A DNA stretch of 64,000 nucleotides from Thermoplasmatota archaeon. GTDB taxonomy: Archaea > Thermoplasmatota > JAKEGO01. The position numbers and the translations under genes were made by a program. Where the stretch lies: NCBI GenBank assembly GCA_028279595.1, contig JANQNK010000003.1, positions 25,367 through 89,366 of the forward strand. The letters are read 5' to 3'. Numbering within the stretch: the stretch's first letter is position 1; each line of letters opens with the position of its first letter. The notes beneath the pieces were generated by a model. It searched no databases and was not told the origin of the DNA. It saw only the letters and a program-made list of their open reading frames with translations. Positions 48,454 through 57,763 of the stretch are shown one piece after another.

Positions 48454-49398
48454 TCACTCCTTCAGGAACTCCATGATCTGCCGTCTGATGAGGTGGTAGG
48501 CGACGATGTTCCCGTACTCCTTCGAGAGCTCGTGTCCGCGCTTCATCAGGCTCTCGTGGAACCCGGAAGGCAGGAAGATGGGCCCGTGCTCGAGCTCCAG
48601 TCCGCCGAAGCCCGCTTCTATGACAATGCGTATGAGCTGGAGGATGGAGTCCTCGCCGTACCCCTTCGGGATCACGGTGATCTCGATGGAATCGTCCCCG
48701 TACTCGAGGGTGTGGATGACGTGCTCCCTGAGCAGGTGACGCTTCGGGAGTCTCGGCAGCAGTATCTCGATCGGCTTCGATCCAGCCTCGTCGACCAGCA
48801 CCTCGCGCTTTCCCCTCTTCATGTGCCAGAGCCTCACCTTGGCCTTCCTGTCCCTGTCCACCCTTATGGTGCTGTTCTCGGTGAGGTGACGGCCGGTGAC
48901 TATCCACCGTTCGTCGATGAGTATCTCTATCGGTATGGGTGAGGGCAACGGGTATACGCCTCCCGACCTCGCGGCCTCGACGACGTCCTGCGGTTTCAGG
49001 ACTATGCCGCTGTACTTACGCAGTGATACAGCGTCCTCGGAGACTGTGTGCGCGTACTCCTCGAGCTGATGCTGGACCCATGCTATGACCGGTGCGGATA
49101 TCCTCTCGGCTCCGGCTCGTTTCATTATCCGCCGGACGGGGGATCGGAAAAGGACGTCCTGCTCGGACCACTCGAACGACCTCGCCTTCGGCTTCAACCG
49201 GAGGGTGGCCTCCTCTACGTCCTTGGGTTTGATGATCTTCCGTCTGTCCTCGTGACAGATGCGCACTGCCTCCTCTCCGATGCGCAGAGCGTACTCCTCC
49301 AGGGCGCTCCTCATGTAGAGCGTCCCGGTCAACCTGACCCGGTCTGCCCCTCCCTGCTTCAGGAGTCGTCTGACCGGTGCTACGAAGAGTTCTGGCAT
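48454..49398 (-). CDS. Tandem histone-fold (doublet) protein fused to a ~180-aa C-terminal domain of unknown function
   Basis: Two HMf-like folds are present: ELFVAPVRRLLKQGGADRV...AVRICHEDRRKIIKPKDVEEA and VLFRSPVRRIMKRAGAERI...AVSLRKYSGIVLKPQDVVEAA. For comparison, HMfB has LPIAPIGRIIKDAGAERV...RKTIKAEDIELA. Confidence 0.7.
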   Translation of the reverse strand: MPELFVAPVRRLLKQGGADRVRLTGTLYMRSALEEYALRIGEEAVRICHEDRRKIIKPKDVEEATLRLKPKARSFEWSEQDVLFRSPVRRIMKRAGAERISAPVIAWVQHQLEEYAHTVSEDAVSLRKYSGIVLKPQDVVEAARSGGVYPLPSPIPIEILIDERWIVTGRHLTENSTIRVDRDRKAKVRLWHMKRGKREVLVDEAGSKPIEILLPRLPKRHLLREHVIHTLEYGDDSIEITVIPKGYGEDSILQLIRIVIEAGFGGLELEHGPIFLPSGFHESLMKRGHELSKEYGNIVAYHLIRRQIMEFLKE

Positions 49399-49444
49399 CA
49401 CTACCGAACCCCTTATTATTGGTAGGGTAGTTAACGATTATGGT

Positions 49445-49918
49445 ATGCAGGCCAGTGGGTCGAACGATGTGGTCGTTTTGGACGCCTCCTCCCTCTCCGC
49501 GGGATGGCAGCCGGAGCCCGGTTCCCGGGTGGTCACTCCGTCGAGGGTCTGGCGCGAGATGGAGGAGCTCGGAGCCCCTCCCTTCGAGGTCGGGATCGCC
49601 GAGCCGAGCCCGGGATCCCTTGATTCGGTGAGGGCCGCTTCTGCCGGTACGGGCGACGACATTCGACTCTCCAACGCCGACTTTGACCTACTCGCCCTCG
49701 CATCGGACATGGGTGCCCTTCTGGTCACCGAGGATTTCTCTGTCCAGAACCTCGCAGAGACCCTTTCGATCCCGTGGACGAGCGTCGGAAGACCCATTTC
49801 CGAGGTCCGGAAATGGCGGTACCGTTGCAAGGGATGCCTCAAGGTGTTCGACGAGAGATATGACGACTGCCCGGTCTGCGGGTCTGAGCTCCGCAGCTAC
49901 GGGGGAAAGCGTCGATGA
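49445..49918 (+). CDS. nob1: Nob1-like PIN-domain endonuclease with a C-terminal zinc ribbon
   Basis: It has a PIN domain (VVLDASSL...D...LVTEDFSVQN) and a CKGC...CPVCG Zn ribbon. Confidence 0.7.
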   Translation: MQASGSNDVVVLDASSLSAGWQPEPGSRVVTPSRVWREMEELGAPPFEVGIAEPSPGSLDSVRAASAGTGDDIRLSNADFDLLALASDMGALLVTEDFSVQNLAETLSIPWTSVGRPISEVRKWRYRCKGCLKVFDERYDDCPVCGSELRSYGGKRR

Positions 49919-50310
49919 AGGACCTCCCGTTCGGGATCGTGTACGCCGCTCAAGCGGAGTTCCTTTTAGGAATTATCTTCCTAGGAGGCGGTGGGATCCT
50001 GTTCTTCAATGCGGACAATCTGACCGGGACACCGACACTTCTGGGAGCCGTAGGAAGCGGGACCCTGGCAATGATCGGACTAGCACTCGTTTCCATAGGT
50101 CTGCTTGACATACTCGCAGCATTCTTCCTTACCAGATTGAGAGCACTAGGGTTCGGCGGTGTGATGTTCTGTTGCGTGACCTCGGCAAGTATATCTGCGT
50201 ACCTCCTGACAATCGGATTCACGATGGGAGCGATGAATCTGTTCCTGAACATCGGAATACCATTGTATCTGTTGAGATGGGATGTCCGACAGGAATACAT
50301 ACCGAGATAG
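49915..50310 (+). CDS. Small integral membrane protein (hypothetical)
   Basis: 131 aa with four predicted TM helices. Its start is coupled to nob1 by an ATGA overlap. Confidence 0.35.
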   Translation: MKDLPFGIVYAAQAEFLLGIIFLGGGGILFFNADNLTGTPTLLGAVGSGTLAMIGLALVSIGLLDILAAFFLTRLRALGFGGVMFCCVTSASISAYLLTIGFTMGAMNLFLNIGIPLYLLRWDVRQEYIPR

Positions 50311-50311
50311 A

Positions 50312-50932
50312 CTACTTCTTCACCATGAACGACAGACCGTCGAAGTTCGGCCTATGTCCGGGCAGGAACGTATGGAGATGTACGGTTTCGATGTCAGGAT
50401 GATCCCAGGACACGTCCAGGAACTCGCCTCCAGAGACGAAGGCGGTGTTGTCGAAGACCATCAGGCCCCCCGACCTGAGTACGGGGATCGTGAGCTCCAT
50501 GCTCTCGATGTAGTACTCCTTGTCGACATCGATGAATGCGACGTCAACGCTCTCCTTCTCGATCTTCTCGAGAACCCCTCCGGCATCGCCGGTGACGACT
50601 TCGACGGTGTCCGAGAAACCCGCCTCCTTGATGTTCCCCCTCGCCCTCTCGGCCATCTCCGGGTCCCACTCCACAGTCACGAGGTTCCCTCCTTTGGGTT
50701 CCAGCGCCCTGGCCATCCAGATGGCGCTGTATCCCGTACAGGTACCTAGCTCTAGCACGGAATTGGCGTTCGAGGTCTTCACGAGCAGGTAGAGCAGCCG
50801 TCCGACCACCGGCCCGATGATCGGAAGACCCTGGTCGTCGGCCTCCGCTTCCAGCTGGCCCAGGATCCCTCCTTCCTTTGGAAGGTACTTCTCGAAATGC
50901 TCTGCGCCGTGTGTCTCGGTCGGGTCGGACAT
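50312..50932 (-). CDS. Class I SAM-dependent O-methyltransferase (family 3, CCoAOMT-like)
   Basis: It has VLELGTCTGYSAIWMA (motif I) and the ...VDVAFIDVDKEYY... motif. Confidence 0.8.
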   Translation of the reverse strand: MSDPTETHGAEHFEKYLPKEGGILGQLEAEADDQGLPIIGPVVGRLLYLLVKTSNANSVLELGTCTGYSAIWMARALEPKGGNLVTVEWDPEMAERARGNIKEAGFSDTVEVVTGDAGGVLEKIEKESVDVAFIDVDKEYYIESMELTIPVLRSGGLMVFDNTAFVSGGEFLDVSWDHPDIETVHLHTFLPGHRPNFDGLSFMVKK

Positions 50933-51009
50933 GCGATCTCCTCGGTCGTCAGGACCGGTCTACCACGATTAATACGTTGCCCCCAAACGGATGACATAAA
51001 TATCGGCCA

Positions 51010-52098
51010 GTGCATCAACGGATTGTGACCGAGACGCGGAAACGGCCCAGGGCCCATAGGAAGAAGGCGTCCGACACGAACAGGGAGCTCACCGACTACA
51101 TCAAGGGAGTTGCTATCCTCGTCGTCGTCGCCAACCATTTCCTTAATGCATACGTCTCGCGGCAGTATTCGGGCTACAGCAACGGGGTGATCGCGTTCTT
51201 CTTCGTTCTCAGCGGGTACGGCCTGTACCATTCGATGCAGCGAGACAGGGGCAGGCTCGATCCCCGCTCTCTCGTCCGGTTCTTCCGGAAACGGTTCGAA
51301 CGTATCTATCCGATCTACTGGATAGGATACGCGGTCTACCTGGCGTTCGGGATAATCGCCATCAGCGTGGTGGAGCTCTTCGCCGTCCAGTTCACCCAGC
51401 CCAGGTTCCTGTGGTTCATCCCTGCCATGGTCCAGTGTTACATCGCGGCTCCCTTCCTCTACGCGGCGTTCAGACGTTTCGGAAAGGGGAAGTTCATCGT
51501 TCTCAGTGTGCTGGGAATCGCCGTACTCAACGTGGTGTTCCATCTCGCAGAGGTCCCGACGGTCAAGGTCTGGTCCTACAGGGGCGTCTACATGTCCCAC
51601 ATCCTGCTCTTCGCGATCGGATTGGCGCTCCCATCACTACTGAGCGGATCCTTGCCGTTAAAGGGGTGCAGCCCCGGTCATGCGAGGGTCTTTTTGGGGG
51701 GTTCCCTGGTCCTCTTCCTTTTCGCCCTCCAGGAGACCACGCCGAGGGCTCACGAGTTCCCCGGGTCAGAGGTCCTGTTCGGATCCCTGCTGGTGGTCTC
51801 TGTCCTGCTCGTCACCTACCACGCGCTTCTCCTCGCATGCAAAGTGCCCCTGATGGATATATTCAGGAGGGTGGGCATCTATACGTACAGCATATACGTC
51901 TTCCACGGCCTCTTCTTCGACGGTCTGAACCGGATCGGTCTCATCGAAAGGCATGGAAGCGGAGCAAAAGGGACGGTCGCCGTGATCATCCTCGTTCCCA
52001 TCTTCATCCTCGCCGCGTCCCTCCTCGAGGAGATCGTTTCGAACCGTTTTTCAATGGGGAAGGCTGTGCGGAATTGGCGCGACAACATTTTCCATTAA
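51010..52098 (+). CDS. Acyltransferase-3 family (OatA-like) membrane acyltransferase
   Basis: It has 10-11 TM helices. The N-terminal motif YIKGVAILVVVANHF and a conserved His match Acyltransf_3. Confidence 0.75.
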   Translation: MHQRIVTETRKRPRAHRKKASDTNRELTDYIKGVAILVVVANHFLNAYVSRQYSGYSNGVIAFFFVLSGYGLYHSMQRDRGRLDPRSLVRFFRKRFERIYPIYWIGYAVYLAFGIIAISVVELFAVQFTQPRFLWFIPAMVQCYIAAPFLYAAFRRFGKGKFIVLSVLGIAVLNVVFHLAEVPTVKVWSYRGVYMSHILLFAIGLALPSLLSGSLPLKGCSPGHARVFLGGSLVLFLFALQETTPRAHEFPGSEVLFGSLLVVSVLLVTYHALLLACKVPLMDIFRRVGIYTYSIYVFHGLFFDGLNRIGLIERHGSGAKGTVAVIILVPIFILAASLLEEIVSNRFSMGKAVRNWRDNIFH

Positions 52099-52510
52099 TG
52101 TTACTGTTTTCAACCATCGCTCTCATTTCATTATTCGTGCTGCAGTCCGGTTTTCAGGTACTGGCTCCCCCGATTTCGGGCTGTTCCACGGGTTCCACCG
52201 GAAATCCGATTGTAACATGTTTTCTAATGTGTATATATACTCAATTTTACGAACGTATTCTCACAGGGGAGGGAATTGGAGAACGCTCCGGATGATCTTC
52301 GTTCACCCGAACATCCGGCCCGGTTTTCGATTGCCTCGCTCTCCACAAAGGGGGGAGCATGAATATCCGTCCGACGGACAGACCATCCACCTGCTCGTTC
52401 GGGCCTGTCACCTCGCATTCGTTTTGCACCCCCCGCCCCACTCCCCAGCGTCGTCCATTTTAGAAACCTTTTACAACCAATTCACACATCCTTGACATGG
52501 GGACCCTGTT

Positions 52511-53092
52511 ATGATTCCCGATGATGGATTGACCAGATGCTCTTGGTGCCTGAGCGATGAACTGTACAGACGATATCACGACGAGGAATGGGGGGTACCC
52601 GTCCACGACGACAACACACACTTCGAATTCCTGGTCCTCGAGGGTGCCCAGGCTGGCCTCAGCTGGGCCACCGTTCTGAAGAAACGGGATGCATACAGGC
52701 AGGCCTACGAAGGATTCGACCCTGCAAAGGTTGCCGAATATGACGAAGAGAGGATCGAAGAGCTCCTCGGGAACCCAGGGATCATCCGAAACCGCATGAA
52801 GATCAACTCATCCGTCAACAACGCCAAGCGTTTCCTCGAGGTCCAGGAGGAGTTCGGTTCGTTCAATGCCTATCTCTGGAACTTCGTCGAATGGAAGCCA
52901 GTCGTGAACAGGTGGAAGACGCTCGAGGAGATACCCGCGAAGACCGAGCTCTCTGACAGGGTCAGCAAGGACCTGAAGAAGAGAGGGTTCAACTTCGTCG
53001 GATCGACCATTATGTATGCCCACCTGCAGGCCGTCGGAATCGTGAACGATCATCTTATTGATTGCTTCAGGCACAGCGAACTGTCACCCTAG
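52511..53092 (+). CDS. tag: DNA-3-methyladenine glycosylase I
   Basis: The motifs CSWC...YHDEEWGVPVHDD...FEFLVLEGAQAGLSWATVLKKR are the canonical Tag Zn-binding and HhH glycosylase motifs. Confidence 0.85.
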   Translation: MIPDDGLTRCSWCLSDELYRRYHDEEWGVPVHDDNTHFEFLVLEGAQAGLSWATVLKKRDAYRQAYEGFDPAKVAEYDEERIEELLGNPGIIRNRMKINSSVNNAKRFLEVQEEFGSFNAYLWNFVEWKPVVNRWKTLEEIPAKTELSDRVSKDLKKRGFNFVGSTIMYAHLQAVGIVNDHLIDCFRHSELSP

Positions 53093-53195
53093 AAATGAAG
53101 GGCTCGCGGGGACCGGACGCTTAAGAATGAATTGACCTGTTGGTATAACGTCCGGGCCTAGCGAGCCCGCGTTACCGAGAAGATAATGTGAGGAG

Positions 53196-53269
53196 CGGGC
53201 TCGCGGGGATTTGAACCCCGGTTTGAGGCTCCGGAGGCCCCAGTGATATCCAGGCTACACTACGAGCCC
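53196..53269 (-). tRNA. tRNA-Arg (anticodon CCG)
   Basis: The reverse complement has acceptor GGGCTCG/CGAGCCC, anticodon stem-loop GGGGC-CTCCGGA-GCCTC (anticodon CCG), T-arm CGGGG-TTCAAAT-CCCCG and discriminator G. A TATATATAT box lies at 53291-53299 upstream. Confidence 0.85.
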
Positions 53270-53442
53270 GCAGTGGTCAAGTCCACTCTCTATATATATG
53301 GCTTTTCGGCAGGACGTTCCTTCTGATGGGGATGATCGGCGCTCGCTGACAGCTCTTTCCGTCAGCAACGCGTCTCACCAATGTAGATCCTATTGATGGC
53401 GGATTCATAGGTATTATATGCCGGGTCGGCTGTCATGTCGGC

Positions 53443-54219
53443 ATGGACCCCGTGTTCCTCTACATAGTCGGAACGGCAGGCTCCGGAAAGAGCACCCTGA
53501 CAGGCTCTCTTCGAGAGTGGATGATAGCCCAGGGCTATGAGGCGATCACCGTCAATCTCGATCCCGGAGCGGACGAACTGCCCTACACACCTGACATCGA
53601 CATAAGGCACTACGTCAACCTCGCCGACGTGATGGACGAGTTTGGGCTCGGACCGAACGGAGCCCAGGTGGCCGCCGCCGACCTCGTTGCCCTGAACCTT
53701 GAACCGATCAAGGAGGCCGTCGAGGAGATGACCGACGGGTTCATTCTCGTGGACACCCCGGGACAGATAGAACTGTTCACCTTCAGACAGAGCACGAAGC
53801 AGATAATCGATTCCCTCTGGCCCGAGCGGAGCGCGATCCTCTTCCTGTTCGATCCGTTCCTCTCATCGACGCCGAACGGATTCATCACGCTTCAGATGCT
53901 GTTCGCGACGACGAGGTTCAGGTTCGACCTGCCTATGACAGGCGCTCTGACGAAGATAGACCTGCTCGAGGAGGACAAGATGGCCGAGATACTCTCATGG
54001 ATCAACCATCCTGATATCCTCTATGATACTGCAATGAGCAAGAGCGCATCGATGGAGAAGGAGATGGGACTCGTCGTGTTCAGGATGCTGGAGGAGATGT
54101 CCGCATCGGGAAACCTCATACCGGTATGTTCCGCCGACAGCTACGGGATGCCTGACATCTACAACTACCTTCAGCAACTCTTCATCGGCGGCGAGGACGT
54201 CGAGACCGGGTTCCGTTGA
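53443..54219 (+). CDS. GPN-loop GTPase
   Basis: It has a P-loop (VGTAGSGKST), the GPN motif (NLDPGA) and DTPGQIELF. Confidence 0.85.
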   Translation: MDPVFLYIVGTAGSGKSTLTGSLREWMIAQGYEAITVNLDPGADELPYTPDIDIRHYVNLADVMDEFGLGPNGAQVAAADLVALNLEPIKEAVEEMTDGFILVDTPGQIELFTFRQSTKQIIDSLWPERSAILFLFDPFLSSTPNGFITLQMLFATTRFRFDLPMTGALTKIDLLEEDKMAEILSWINHPDILYDTAMSKSASMEKEMGLVVFRMLEEMSASGNLIPVCSADSYGMPDIYNYLQQLFIGGEDVETGFR

Positions 54220-54224
54220 CCGGA

Positions 54225-54503
54225 TCACTTGCGGTCCAGTATCTCCGCCTTCTTGTCCTGGTATTCCTCTCGAGAGATATCTCCCCTGGCGTACCTTCTG
54301 TCCAGTATGTCGATGGCACTTCCGGACGTTTGCCTTCTTGATCCTTGCCTGTTCAGAGGCCTGTTCTCACCGAACAGATAGAGGATGAATAGGAACATGA
54401 ACATCAACAGGATCATTCCGATCCCCATCCAGACGTATCCGAACCAGAAGCTCCCACCGCAGCTGGCGGTGTCGTTCAGCAGCCACTCGAACGAGAAGCC
54501 CAT
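54225..54503 (-). CDS. SHOCT-domain small membrane protein
   Basis: It has an N-terminal TM helix and a C-terminal RRYARGDISREEYQDKKAEIL (SHOCT) motif. Confidence 0.6.
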   Translation of the reverse strand: MGFSFEWLLNDTASCGGSFWFGYVWMGIGMILLMFMFLFILYLFGENRPLNRQGSRRQTSGSAIDILDRRYARGDISREEYQDKKAEILDRK

Positions 54504-54602
54504 ATCATCACCGTTCTTTCACCGACCCGAGACTGCATATAGTTAACACCGAAATCGCTCGATTTGCACAATGAAATTCCCTAGTACCAACAATCGATTT
54601 GA

Positions 54603-55616
54603 TCACAATTCGTCGTTGAGCCAGATGGCATGGACCAGCCCGTATCCGTAGTGGTCGTCGTGCGGGGTGTTCTGGCCTGGACACTTCTCGTTGCTGTCCA
54701 TCATCGCCTGCTTGAACTCGGTGACCTTGTCCTCGTCCACCAGCTTGTAGTCCGGATGGGCGTCCAGTTCCAGTGCGACGATGGCCGCCACGAACGCTGT
54801 GGCCTGCGATGTCCCTGATGCCTTGACGTAATCTCCGCCCTTCCAGCAGGAGGTTATGTCGACCCCGGGTGCCACGCACTCGGGCTTCTTGTCCGGGTCC
54901 TCCCTGTCCTCCTCCTCGGGGATGAACGGGATATCGCCCTCGTTGTCTCCCTGCGAGCTGAACGAAGCGATGCGTTTGTTCCTGTCGATCGCTCCTACCG
55001 CGATGACCTTGGGATAGTTGGCTGGAGAGGATACCTCCCCATCATCATTCTCGCCGTCGTTACCTGCTGCGGCCACGACGATAACACCCTGGTCGATGGC
55101 GTCGGCGCATGCGCTCCTCGTCTGGTCACCGAGGTTCAGGAGCCTGGGTTCTCCTCCGAGGGACAGGCATATGACATGTGCTCCCTCATCGACGCACCAG
55201 TCTATGGCAGATGCGACGTCCGCGTCGGTACCGGCACCGTCGCGGTCCAGTGCCTTTGCGACAACGAGCTCAACACCTATGGCTCCACCTTTGATGTCAC
55301 CGGTCCCAGCTATGATCCCCGCGACGTGACTCCCGTGTCCATGGTCGTCGTATGGATCATCCCTGTTGTCTATGAAATCCCGCCAGGCGACGATGCTGGT
55401 CCTCTTGAAGCTCTCGTGACCCTTGTCGATGCCAGTGTCCACGATCCCGACGATGATGCCGGTACCGTCGTAGCCCTTGTCGTTCATCTCGTCGATGTGG
55501 GTGATGTCGAATGCCCACTGCGTTCGGCTGTGGGAATCGCCATTCTCCTCGAAACATCCGGACGCTGCGATGGTCGATAACACTATCAGGGTTATCATCA
55601 GGGTTCGGGCTGACAT
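54603..55616 (-). CDS. Subtilisin-like serine protease (peptidase S8), lipoprotein or signal-anchored
   Basis: The catalytic triad motifs are VGIVDTGID (Asp), HGHGSHVAGII (His) and GTSQATAFVAAIVAL (Ser). The signal peptide ends in a lipobox-like ASGC. The start was chosen at the internal ATG 55616. Confidence 0.85.
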   Translation of the reverse strand: MSARTLMITLIVLSTIAASGCFEENGDSHSRTQWAFDITHIDEMNDKGYDGTGIIVGIVDTGIDKGHESFKRTSIVAWRDFIDNRDDPYDDHGHGSHVAGIIAGTGDIKGGAIGVELVVAKALDRDGAGTDADVASAIDWCVDEGAHVICLSLGGEPRLLNLGDQTRSACADAIDQGVIVVAAAGNDGENDDGEVSSPANYPKVIAVGAIDRNKRIASFSSQGDNEGDIPFIPEEEDREDPDKKPECVAPGVDITSCWKGGDYVKASGTSQATAFVAAIVALELDAHPDYKLVDEDKVTEFKQAMMDSNEKCPGQNTPHDDHYGYGLVHAIWLNDEL

Positions 55617-55734
55617 CACCGAATCTATCCCTTTCTCGGTTAAAACCTTTACTGAAGCCGTGTAATATCCCCGATTCGGGTCATGTCCAATCTTTATATA
55701 GGTGAAGCACTTTTGAGCGCAAGAGGTCATCACC

Positions 55735-56616
55735 TTGGCAGAGAAGAGAAGCAGGGCAGCCGCCCGTCAGTTGCGCGATCGATGGCGAATGAAGGCGTGG
55801 TACAATCTCACCGCGCCAGACATGTTCAACAGGGCATCCCTAGGCGAGACCCTGTCGGACGAACCGGAGAAGCTCGTGGGAAGGAAGACAGTCGTATCGC
55901 ACCAGGACCTCTCTGGGGACTATTCGAAGGCGCACGTCAAGCTGGCCTTCGAGGTCTATGCCATCAAGGGGAACGATGCCCTTACACGTTTCATAGGTCA
56001 CGATTTCAGGAAGGATTACGTCATCCGTCTGGCCAGGAGGCGCCGGACGAAGATCGACGGGGTCTTCGACCTCAAGACCAAGGACGGCTACGTCGTCCGG
56101 GTAAAACCCCTCGCAATAGCCGAGAAGCGGATCAAGACCACCCAGGAGAAGGGGATACGCGAGGCAATGGGGGTCATCGTCGACGAGTGGGCCCAGAAGA
56201 TGACGTTCAGCGAGTTCGTCAAGGCCATGCTCTCCGGCGAGGTCGCGGACGCTGCCACGAAGCAGTGCAGGACCATATTCCCGGTCAGGAAGCTCGAGAT
56301 CAAGAAGTCCCAGGTAATTTCCTTCCCGGAGATCATCGAGAGGATCGTCGATGAGCCCGAGGAGGACGAGGAAGCTGAGGACGCGGTCGAGGAGGAGGTC
56401 GTCGAGGAGGAGCCCACTCCCGAGGAGATCGGGTCCCGCGAGGACGTGCTAGAGCTGTTCACCAGCCTCAAGGGCATAGGCCCCATGAAGGCCGAGGCGC
56501 TCTACGACGCCGGCTTCGAGAGCCTCGACAAGCTCAAGGAGGCCACCACCGACGACATAGCCAACGTCGAGGGTTTCTCGCCGAGCCTGGCCAAGAAGGT
56601 CATCGAACAGCTCTGA
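55735..56616 (+). CDS. rps3ae: 30S ribosomal protein S3Ae (S1e) fused to a C-terminal acidic linker and an (HhH)2 domain
   Basis: The first ~200 aa match the S3Ae core (RWRMKAWYNLTAPDMF...). They are followed by an EEDEEAEDAVEEEVVEEE linker and LKGIGPMKAEALYDAGFESLDKL...VEGFSPSLAKKVIEQL HhH motifs. Confidence 0.8.
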   Translation: MAEKRSRAAARQLRDRWRMKAWYNLTAPDMFNRASLGETLSDEPEKLVGRKTVVSHQDLSGDYSKAHVKLAFEVYAIKGNDALTRFIGHDFRKDYVIRLARRRRTKIDGVFDLKTKDGYVVRVKPLAIAEKRIKTTQEKGIREAMGVIVDEWAQKMTFSEFVKAMLSGEVADAATKQCRTIFPVRKLEIKKSQVISFPEIIERIVDEPEEDEEAEDAVEEEVVEEEPTPEEIGSREDVLELFTSLKGIGPMKAEALYDAGFESLDKLKEATTDDIANVEGFSPSLAKKVIEQL

Positions 56617-56803
56617 ACCCGGCCCCCACGTTCAATTTCCACCTTTTCAGCCATAGCTAGGTCTCGTTGGTGAAGGTCATCCCGTTCTGAGGGTGAATTA
56701 CGTTCAAAACGGTGGTGTATCATGATTATAACCCTCCAAAAACGGTACTCACCAAGTTTCGTATATAAGGCATGAAGGAATTTGTTGGGTTGGAGGCGCA
56801 ACA

Positions 56804-57001
56804 ATGGCGAACGAGGCTCATAGGAAAACAATGGCGAAAGCTCCGGTGGTCGTCGGTGCTGTAGGTGCGGTCCAGGTGGCGGAGGTCAGACAGCGGCTCG
56901 ACGAATTGGTGGCGATGGGGTACGAGCAAATGCTCCAGGAGCGATTGGTGAACAACCAGTCTTCCAAGGACAAATCACGATTGAAGTTCCTTCTGCTCTG
57001 A
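56804..57001 (+). CDS. Small hypothetical protein (65 aa)
   Basis: A TATA-like box (CGTATATAAGG, ~56759) lies ~40 nt upstream and a GGAGG sits 7 nt upstream of the ATG. It has no recognisable family. Confidence 0.25.
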   Translation: MANEAHRKTMAKAPVVVGAVGAVQVAEVRQRLDELVAMGYEQMLQERLVNNQSSKDKSRLKFLLL

Positions 57002-57079
57002 ACCGATCGTCTAGAGTGCGCCTTCCTCCTTTTTTTCGGGGGTCTTGGTCCCAGTGTGGACGAAACCCCTGATCGATAA

Positions 57080-57730
57080 TTATCTGGCTTTACGCCAGTA
57101 GTATATACCTGCTGCGAAGCACAGGGCAGCTCCTATCGGCAGGAACCAGAACGTCTCCTTGTACGGACGGGTCTTCACCTCGAACGAGGTCTCGGGGATC
57201 GTTCCATGGACGCCCTCCGGGTAGGTGCCGTTCAGCATATCCATGAACTCCTCGCCGGTGAAGTAGCCCCGGGACCAGAACTCGGCCTTTTCCCCCTTCC
57301 TGAGGAACGAGAGCCTCATTCGTATGACGTATACGCCTGCCGGGGTCGTCTTGTCGGTATCCACGTTGAACTTGATGTTTATCTTCTCCTTCGAGTCCAC
57401 GTCTCCCAGGATGTACTGGTCGACCACTCCCGAATAGGTATCGTAGTCGCCCGAACCTATTGGGTGCATCTCCGGCGGATTGGAGACCTCGTGGATCCTT
57501 TGCTCATCGTCTTCCAGGAGTCGAAGGTAGACCTCGAGTTCCAGGACAGCGTCGATGAGATCGAAGTTGAGGCGGTTCTTGAAGGTGAAGTTCATCTCCA
57601 TGTCCCCGCCAGGGTTGACAACGACCTTCTTGACCTCGTCTATCGTCGGCCAGTACTTGATCTTCCACGCTCCGGCGGAACCTGCGGTGACCAGGATCAT
57701 GATGATGACACCGATGGCCGCCCAACGCAT
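57080..57730 (-). CDS. Membrane-anchored hypothetical protein (N- and C-terminal TM helices, extracytoplasmic beta-rich domain)
   Basis: 216 aa. It has a signal or TM segment at the N-terminus and a TM helix at the C-terminus (FWFLPIGAALCFAAGIYYWRKAR). Confidence 0.4.
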   Translation of the reverse strand: MRWAAIGVIIMILVTAGSAGAWKIKYWPTIDEVKKVVVNPGGDMEMNFTFKNRLNFDLIDAVLELEVYLRLLEDDEQRIHEVSNPPEMHPIGSGDYDTYSGVVDQYILGDVDSKEKINIKFNVDTDKTTPAGVYVIRMRLSFLRKGEKAEFWSRGYFTGEEFMDMLNGTYPEGVHGTIPETSFEVKTRPYKETFWFLPIGAALCFAAGIYYWRKAR

Positions 57731-57763
57731 GGAACGTGAAACGTCATCCGCCTTAAAAACACT

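Noticed and set aside
51411-52295. 294-aa plus-strand ORF overlapping the acyltransferase gene in another frame
   Set aside because: The acyltransferase-3 reading frame has the conserved N-terminal motif and 10+ TM helices. The alternative frame is Arg/Pro-rich and extends into the non-coding gap.
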